Virus record (IMG/VR): IMGVR_UViG_3300032272_000021
Span: 1-48,727 of that record
DNA: 48,727 nt
Direction: 5' to 3' (one strand)
Source: a virus
Taxonomy: Duplodnaviria > Caudoviricetes
Below, one piece after another: positions 44,230 through 48,727 of the stretch (positions are counted from its first letter, which is position 1; each line of letters opens with the position of its first letter). A program made the position numbers and the translations under genes. The notes under the pieces were generated by a model. The model was not told where the DNA came from and did no database searches. It worked only from the letters and a program-made list of their open reading frames with translations.

Positions 44230-45754
44230 CGTAATGAGACCTGTCGTCGCAGTGTTCGTTTACTGCCATATCTGCTTGGTCTGCACTACGCTCGTCAATC
44301 ATACCCTTGACATAGTTTTCCATGGAGACGACCTTTTCCTTGCGTACCATAGTCATCATCTCATATTGCGGGCGCAGTTCTGTAAGTGCCGCAACTATGT
44401 CATCGTTGGTAATCTTGACTGTCTTCTTGTTACTACCCTCACGGGCAATTGCATACAGTGTCGCTTTGGACACAGCCTCCTTGATAAAGGCTGGGACATA
44501 ACCCTTCGCCGCTTCGTACAGGCTGTCGGGGTCAAGTTCACCCTTAATCATCGAAGCGCCTTTGTCCGTTACAGCAGTCGCCTCAATAAACTTAATGACA
44601 CCCTGCTTGTCCAGCTCACCCAACCGAATCACAGCATCAAGCCGTCCAGGTCTCAGCATGGCAGGGTTGATCTTCTCGATATGGTTGGTAGTAAGGATAG
44701 TCATAACTTGGCTGTCCTTGGACAAGATGCCGTCGATGCTGTTCAGGATACCGTTGACATCATCGTCACGGGTTTCAGTGGCCTTGGCGTCAATGTCCTC
44801 AAAGAACACACAGGCAGGCTGATACTTCTGTGCCATACCAATCGCCTTCTCGATGTTGTCGTTACCACGGACAAGGATAAACGTCCATCCGTTGGCGACG
44901 CACTTACGTGCGGACATCAATGCGGTCAGCGTTTTGCCGGTTCCGTACGGACCGTGGAGCAGGATACCACGTTTGATCGGTATGTTCGCCGCAATCGCTT
45001 TTTGCGTTTGCTCAATCACGGTGAACACGTTGGCATTGAGCTGGAGCTCTTGGTCGGCACTGTAAACAACCTGATCAGGGTTGAAGCTGTCGATGTTCAA
45101 GAACTCGTAGCCGCTGTCAATAGCCTTGCCAAGAAAAATACTGTTCGTCCGCAGAAACTTCTTGGCGGCTTCTTCAATATCCTTGAGCAATGGCGTATAC
45201 TTCTTCTTGCAACTGTATACGACACGAACACCAACATCTCCCGGATCATAACTGTGGGGGTCGGTTACGTGGATGTCCATGTGTATCGGCAATCCAGGAA
45301 CCTTCGTGCTACCAACAGGTATCTTGATAGAGTTTTCGTGGTCAATAGGCACGATAAAGCTTTTTCCAGGATTTGGTCCGAAGAAGCCCATCGTGGTACG
45401 GCTTGTGAGGTTGCCGTAGATGTCGCTGACAGCGTGGTGAAAAGCATAGCAGGCATCGTAAGGGTGAGCTTCCAGCTCCATGAGCGTTTGCTCGTCCTCC
45501 TCCATTTCTTGAAGATAAGAGGTAATGGCGTCGGCCGCATCTTCCAAGTCCATGTGTTCTGGCACACGAATCATCTTGCCGCCACGATCGATGCCGTGAC
45601 CTGTCTTGTATCTCTTGGCAAGAGCGTTCTCCAGAATTTGTTGAGCAAGCTGGAGTTCGGACACATCGTCCTTCTGTAGGCTTGCCGCCATGTCCTTCAG
45701 TTCTTTACGGCTGGGGATTGGTGCTTGTGCTTTTTCTTCTGTATACTCGTCCAT
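44222..45754 (-). CDS. AAA+ ATPase (classic clade, FtsH/BCS1-like core)
   Basis: RGILLHGPYGTGKT, VFFEDID, TTNH, AMLRPGRLD. Confidence 0.93.
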   Translation of the reverse strand: MDEYTEEKAQAPIPSRKELKDMAASLQKDDVSELQLAQQILENALAKRYKTGHGIDRGGKMIRVPEHMDLEDAADAITSYLQEMEEDEQTLMELEAHPYDACYAFHHAVSDIYGNLTSRTTMGFFGPNPGKSFIVPIDHENSIKIPVGSTKVPGLPIHMDIHVTDPHSYDPGDVGVRVVYSCKKKYTPLLKDIEEAAKKFLRTNSIFLGKAIDSGYEFLNIDSFNPDQVVYSADQELQLNANVFTVIEQTQKAIAANIPIKRGILLHGPYGTGKTLTALMSARKCVANGWTFILVRGNDNIEKAIGMAQKYQPACVFFEDIDAKATETRDDDVNGILNSIDGILSKDSQVMTILTTNHIEKINPAMLRPGRLDAVIRLGELDKQGVIKFIEATAVTDKGASMIKGELDPDSLYEAAKGYVPAFIKEAVSKATLYAIAREGSNKKTVKITNDDIVAALTELRPQYEMMTMVRKEKVVSMENYVKGMIDERSADQADMAVNEHCDDRSHYDD

Positions 45755-45783
45755 TGTATTTCTCCTTAAGGATTGTGGGTTAA

Positions 45784-45878
45784 TCTGCCCTTTTGCCTAT
45801 GGTTCCGTCTTGCACTCTGAGGTATGGGACACTCCTTTCTCTTATAAGGTTAAAGGTTGCCACAGACCAAAGGGCAGA
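45784..45878 (-). ncRNA. Candidate structured leader RNA upstream of the AAA ATPase
   Basis: Minus strand: 10-bp plus 8-bp stem (with G-U pairs) enclosing a CCUUU/AAAGG hairpin. Confidence 0.4.
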
Positions 45879-45883
45879 AAGGA

Positions 45884-46216
45884 TTAATCCATTCGTGTTG
45901 CCCAGACCTTTCCGTCTTCAATAGCAACAACAAATGCGTATTCGTAAAAGAATACTCGGTTCCCTTTTGCTCTGAGTTCGAGCAGTGGTTTAAGTGGTGG
46001 ATCGTCAGGGTGGTGCATCGTACCGTCTTCGTCAACGGTAATACGCTCCCCCATCCCAGTGTCCACATAGTAGGGGTAGTTTGCAATGAGCGCTTCCTTG
46101 AAAGAATTGTTGTACCTCGGCGCTTGCACCGCCCACAAAGGCAGAATACCACACATATTCGCAAGCTGTTCTTCCGTAAACGCAGGGTTTTTAATAATCT
46201 CTAGTTCTTCTGACAT
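45884..46216 (-). CDS. Hypothetical protein
   Basis: SD GGAGG; D.PL.P...Y..A.VAI....ATRMD. Confidence 0.8.
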   Translation of the reverse strand: MSEELEIIKNPAFTEEQLANMCGILPLWAVQAPRYNNSFKEALIANYPYYVDTGMGERITVDEDGTMHHPDDPPLKPLLELRAKGNRVFFYEYAFVVAIEDGKVWATRMD

Positions 46217-46225
46217 AGTGTCCTC

Positions 46226-46507
46226 CTATTCGTCGTCGTCATCACCTTTGAGTATTCTTGCTGCGAGCGCAACCTGAAGTTCTCTAGGCAATTTTCCGGC
46301 ATGTTCGTACAGCAGGTGAACAAGGTACGCAGGAGCTCCATGAACACAGCCAAAGTTCGTAACATTGTCACGCCCGTCGTGTGAATGCAAGCCAAGGAGC
46401 ATTATCATTGGCTCCTCCACGTCGTTTTCCAGGTCTTCCCTGAACTCGTTGAGTGTCTGAATAGTACCAACAATCATTTCATCAATTTTCTTGTTTTCTT
46501 CTTTCAT
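46226..46507 (-). CDS. Hypothetical protein
   Basis: SD AGGAGG. Confidence 0.75.
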   Translation of the reverse strand: MKEENKKIDEMIVGTIQTLNEFREDLENDVEEPMIMLLGLHSHDGRDNVTNFGCVHGAPAYLVHLLYEHAGKLPRELQVALAARILKGDDDDE

Positions 46508-46516
46508 ATCAGCCTC

Positions 46517-46633
46517 CTAAAAGCCAACGTAGTGTGGGAGAGTAGTCTCCAGAAATATATAACCAATGCCTATATATAAGGCTACCAGCAGAGCCCATTG
46601 AAGAACAACAATTATTATTTCTCTTTTGTTCAT
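46517..46633 (-). CDS. 38-aa single-TM peptide (absent from the ORF track)
   Basis: SD AAGGAG; MNKRENNNCVLQWALLVALYIGIGYIFLETTLPHYVGF*. Confidence 0.55.
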   Translation of the reverse strand: MNKREIIIVVLQWALLVALYIGIGYIFLETTLPHYVGF

Positions 46634-46644
46634 TGATTTTCTCC

Positions 46645-47022
46645 TTAATGGATGGACTCGTCGTCCGGTCTTTTAACAATAAGTTCTTCCATCGCTTCTT
46701 TCAGTCCAAGAGACAACTCGTCTGTTGGGTCTTCTACCAACTTGTTCAGCGCTTCCTTAACGATAATCTGACCGTGCGCAGGCAGGTTCATAACAATACC
46801 GACAACCGCATTCAGCGTATTGCCAAGAGTAGCGTGGCTTTCACAGTACAGACCACTGGAATCGTCGGCGGCAATGTGCTTGGCGATCAGAATGTCGTAT
46901 TGAACCTCGTCGACATCGTTCATCATGACAAGTCGCTTCAGCTTTTTCAGTTGTCCTATCGCATCATCAATCTGGGCTACGACATGCCCTTTCGTTTCTC
47001 CACTCGGGGTTGGTTTACTCAT
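46645..47022 (-). CDS. Hypothetical protein
   Basis: SD AAGGAG; overlap with the upstream gene. Confidence 0.75.
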   Translation of the reverse strand: MSKPTPSGETKGHVVAQIDDAIGQLKKLKRLVMMNDVDEVQYDILIAKHIAADDSSGLYCESHATLGNTLNAVVGIVMNLPAHGQIIVKEALNKLVEDPTDELSLGLKEAMEELIVKRPDDESIH

Positions 47023-47476
47023 AGCTATTCTCCTTTAATGTTTGTAAGTGTTCCACAAGAACTTTGTGTGTAATACGCTGTGGAACTCGTGCAAGTGCTG
47101 TTTTTAATAGTGCCTCCATCATCTCAGGGGTGGCGACGGCACTGGTCTTCACATCTGTTTTGGTTTTGGGTTCATCACGGTCGGGAGTAATCAACACGGC
47201 AATGTGCGGAATGGCTTTTGAATCTTTGCTTTCGTTGTACGCCGACCGCATTTCGTTGAATGACCTGATGTAGTATGTGAACATCTCTGTGTAGTCATCA
47301 ATTGAGCCGACGACTTCTTTTTGCCGCTGTGGGGGTCTCTTTATAAATGTAAGCGTTGCTACCCCACACCACAGCCAAAGAGTAGCGCACAGAGCGTTTA
47401 TAGGCCATGTAGTGTTCACTACACCCAAACCAGCGGCCATTATCGCCGCACCTAACAAAAAGGGATTAATCTTCAT
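47015..47476 (-). CDS. Membrane-anchored hypothetical protein (2 N-terminal TM)
   Basis: SD GGAGG; hydrophobic N-terminus. Confidence 0.75.
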   Translation of the reverse strand: MKINPFLLGAAIMAAGLGVVNTTWPINALCATLWLWCGVATLTFIKRPPQRQKEVVGSIDDYTEMFTYYIRSFNEMRSAYNESKDSKAIPHIAVLITPDRDEPKTKTDVKTSAVATPEMMEALLKTALARVPQRITHKVLVEHLQTLKENSYE

Positions 47477-47705
47477 CGTATTCCTCCGTTAGTTGTTGTA
47501 CTGCTTCACAGAATGACAGCCCACGCTCAAGGCACTGTACAGCCTTGATTGTCCAATGCCACAGGTCGTCAGCGTAGAATCCAGGATCTTCGTCAGCCAC
47601 AAGACATTCAAACATGTCAACTGCATGACATTCGCTGACATCGTCGTACTCGTACGCCAATTGACAAGCTGTCTCCATTAAGGATTCAATTTGATCTTTG
47701 GTCAT
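47466..47705 (-). CDS. Small acidic protein
   Basis: SD GGAGG before ATG 47705; Asp/Glu-rich. Confidence 0.7.
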   Translation of the reverse strand: MTKDQIESLMETACQLAYEYDDVSECHAVDMFECLVADEDPGFYADDLWHWTIKAVQCLERGLSFCEAVQQLTEEYDED

Positions 47706-47901
47706 GGCTTCCTCCATTATTATAAAATGCAGAGTAGAATGCGGTTGCAGTGGACTCGTCGATGTCATGCTCAACTTCTAAGTAACAGCAGAAGTTATGA
47801 ATGGTGAGCAATCCAACAAGGTTCGCAAGCTGGACGGTTCGTTTCGCGCCCAAACAGCGATCAACGTTCTGAATAGCTTCTCGTTGCGCATTGTCCATCA
47901 T
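47686..47901 (-). CDS. Hypothetical protein
   Basis: SD GGAGG. Confidence 0.65.
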   Translation of the reverse strand: MMDNAQREAIQNVDRCLGAKRTVQLANLVGLLTIHNFCCYLEVEHDIDESTATAFYSAFYNNGGSHDQRSN

Positions 47902-47903
47902 AG

Positions 47904-48068
47904 CTAGTCCTCCAGTTGTTTGGGATAATAGTTAATCCCCTGATGGTTATCGCACATACGCAGAGCATCTTCCTCCCGTAGACACAGGTCGTTGGCTTCC
48001 AAGAGAATATCTGTCCACAGTTCCCGTTCTGCGCCTCTGTAGGTGCGTCCGTTATCAACTATCTTCAT
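47904..48068 (-). CDS. Hypothetical protein (MKIVDNGRTY...)
   Basis: SD GGAGGAG before ATG 48068. Confidence 0.6.
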   Translation of the reverse strand: MKIVDNGRTYRGAERELWTDILLEANDLCLREEDALRMCDNHQGINYYPKQLED

Positions 48069-48294
48069 TGGTAGTCTCCTCCGGAATAGGTTGTCCAGCG
48101 TAGACAATCTTACCGCAGTCTTTGCACGGCAGTTCGTAGTCGGTGGTGGGGTCGTGGAGTGCGTCGGTTTCAGTAATAAATACGATGGATGGGTTTTCCA
48201 GACATGTGTCGCAGAGTATGACATCATAAATAATGTCAAGGCCACCTGCTTTGCGAAGTTGTTCCACTTTAAACAGTTGAATACTTTGTTCCAT
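48055..48294 (-). CDS. Zn-ribbon-like acidic protein
   Basis: SD AAGGAG; CxxC...CxxC. Confidence 0.7.
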   Translation of the reverse strand: MEQSIQLFKVEQLRKAGGLDIIYDVILCDTCLENPSIVFITETDALHDPTTDYELPCKDCGKIVYAGQPIPEETTNEDS

Positions 48295-48317
48295 TAGCTT
48301 TCTCCTTTTCTCCAGTT

Positions 48318-48503
48318 CTAGTTGCGCTTCATGCGCAGGTTGGTCACTCCAAATATAGAATACAGCACACAGGCGTCATTCATGCTTGGGAGAGTATAGT
48401 CTCCTTCCATGCTCAGCACCCTGTAGCTCTTCACTTTACCGTTAGAATATGTCAATCGTGGATGGGTCACAAAAAGGTAGCCGTTGCGGGAAAATATATT
48501 CAT
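48318..48503 (-). CDS. First gene of the minus-strand arm, hypothetical
   Basis: SD GGAGG preceded by CCCCTAGAACT. Confidence 0.7.
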   Translation of the reverse strand: MNIFSRNGYLFVTHPRLTYSNGKVKSYRVLSMEGDYTLPSMNDACVLYSIFGVTNLRMKRN

Positions 48504-48547
48504 GAGAATCCTCCAGTTCTAGGGGTTTTGCTTGTGTGTATATATTA

Positions 48548-48576
48548 ATAATAATTAAAGATTGCCCGATTTGCAA
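48548..48576 (-). promoter_or_regulatory. Promoter TTGCAA-17-TATTAT of the minus-strand arm
   Basis: TTGCAAATCG shared motif; 17-nt spacer. Confidence 0.7.
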
Positions 48577-48599
48577 TATCTTTATTAAGGCGCCTCTCT

Positions 48600-48727
48600 T
48601 TGCCTGTATGTCCTCAAAGGTTTGCGCTAGGGGTAAGGTAAGGGCTTGTGTGTAAAGATGTCTTGAGCAGGACGCTGTTAGCTAGGGTGGCAAATCTTGG
48701 GGTGCTGTATTGGGTGGCGTATTGGAT
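48600..48727. repeat. Terminal direct repeat, right copy
   Basis: Matches 1-128 with one mismatch. Confidence 0.95.

Noticed and set aside
44234-45679. 481-aa + strand ORF
   Set aside because: Mirror frame of the AAA ATPase, located after the + strand terminator; explained by codon bias
1-48727. Prophage/temperate features, phage RNA polymerase, tRNAs, genetic-code reassignment
   Set aside because: No integrase, repressor, RNAP or tRNA recognised; standard-code ORFs tile the genome densely with all three stops used

Overview
This window is an apparently complete ~48.6 kb double-stranded DNA phage genome; the first 128 nt recur at the end with one mismatch. It looks podovirus-like and lytic (no integrase or repressor seen). 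The + strand carries terS-terL-portal-groES-scaffold-capsid genes, an accessory virion block, P22-like adaptor/hub/needle and ejection proteins, and a holin-lysozyme cassette. These are followed by a replication module (SNF2 helicase, SSB-like protein, AEP primase, UvrD helicase, family A polymerase, PD-(D/E)xK nuclease). A thymidine-modification operon combines a 5-hmdU-DNA-kinase/aGPT-Pplase1-like protein, a TAGT/GREB1/JGT-like glycosyltransferase, a dUMP-hydroxymethylase-like thymidylate synthase, an HD nucleotidase and a DUF3310 protein. The minus-strand arm holds small hypothetical genes and an AAA+ ATPase. Most notable: (1) the operon suggests a glycosylated hydroxymethyluracil (base-J-like or sugar-phospho-hmU) made without TET/JBP; (2) a 643-nt terminal stretch has no GA dinucleotide on the + strand and spans a stand-alone gene paralogous to the first gene of the modification operon; (3) a ~260-320 bp inverted-repeat element occurs twice and brackets the whole virion/lysis module; (4) there are shared promoter and leader motifs, two candidate structured RNAs, dual-coding overlaps in the head operon, and a chain of small genes joined by exact microhomologies. 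All family assignments come from motif recognition by eye; no searches were run.
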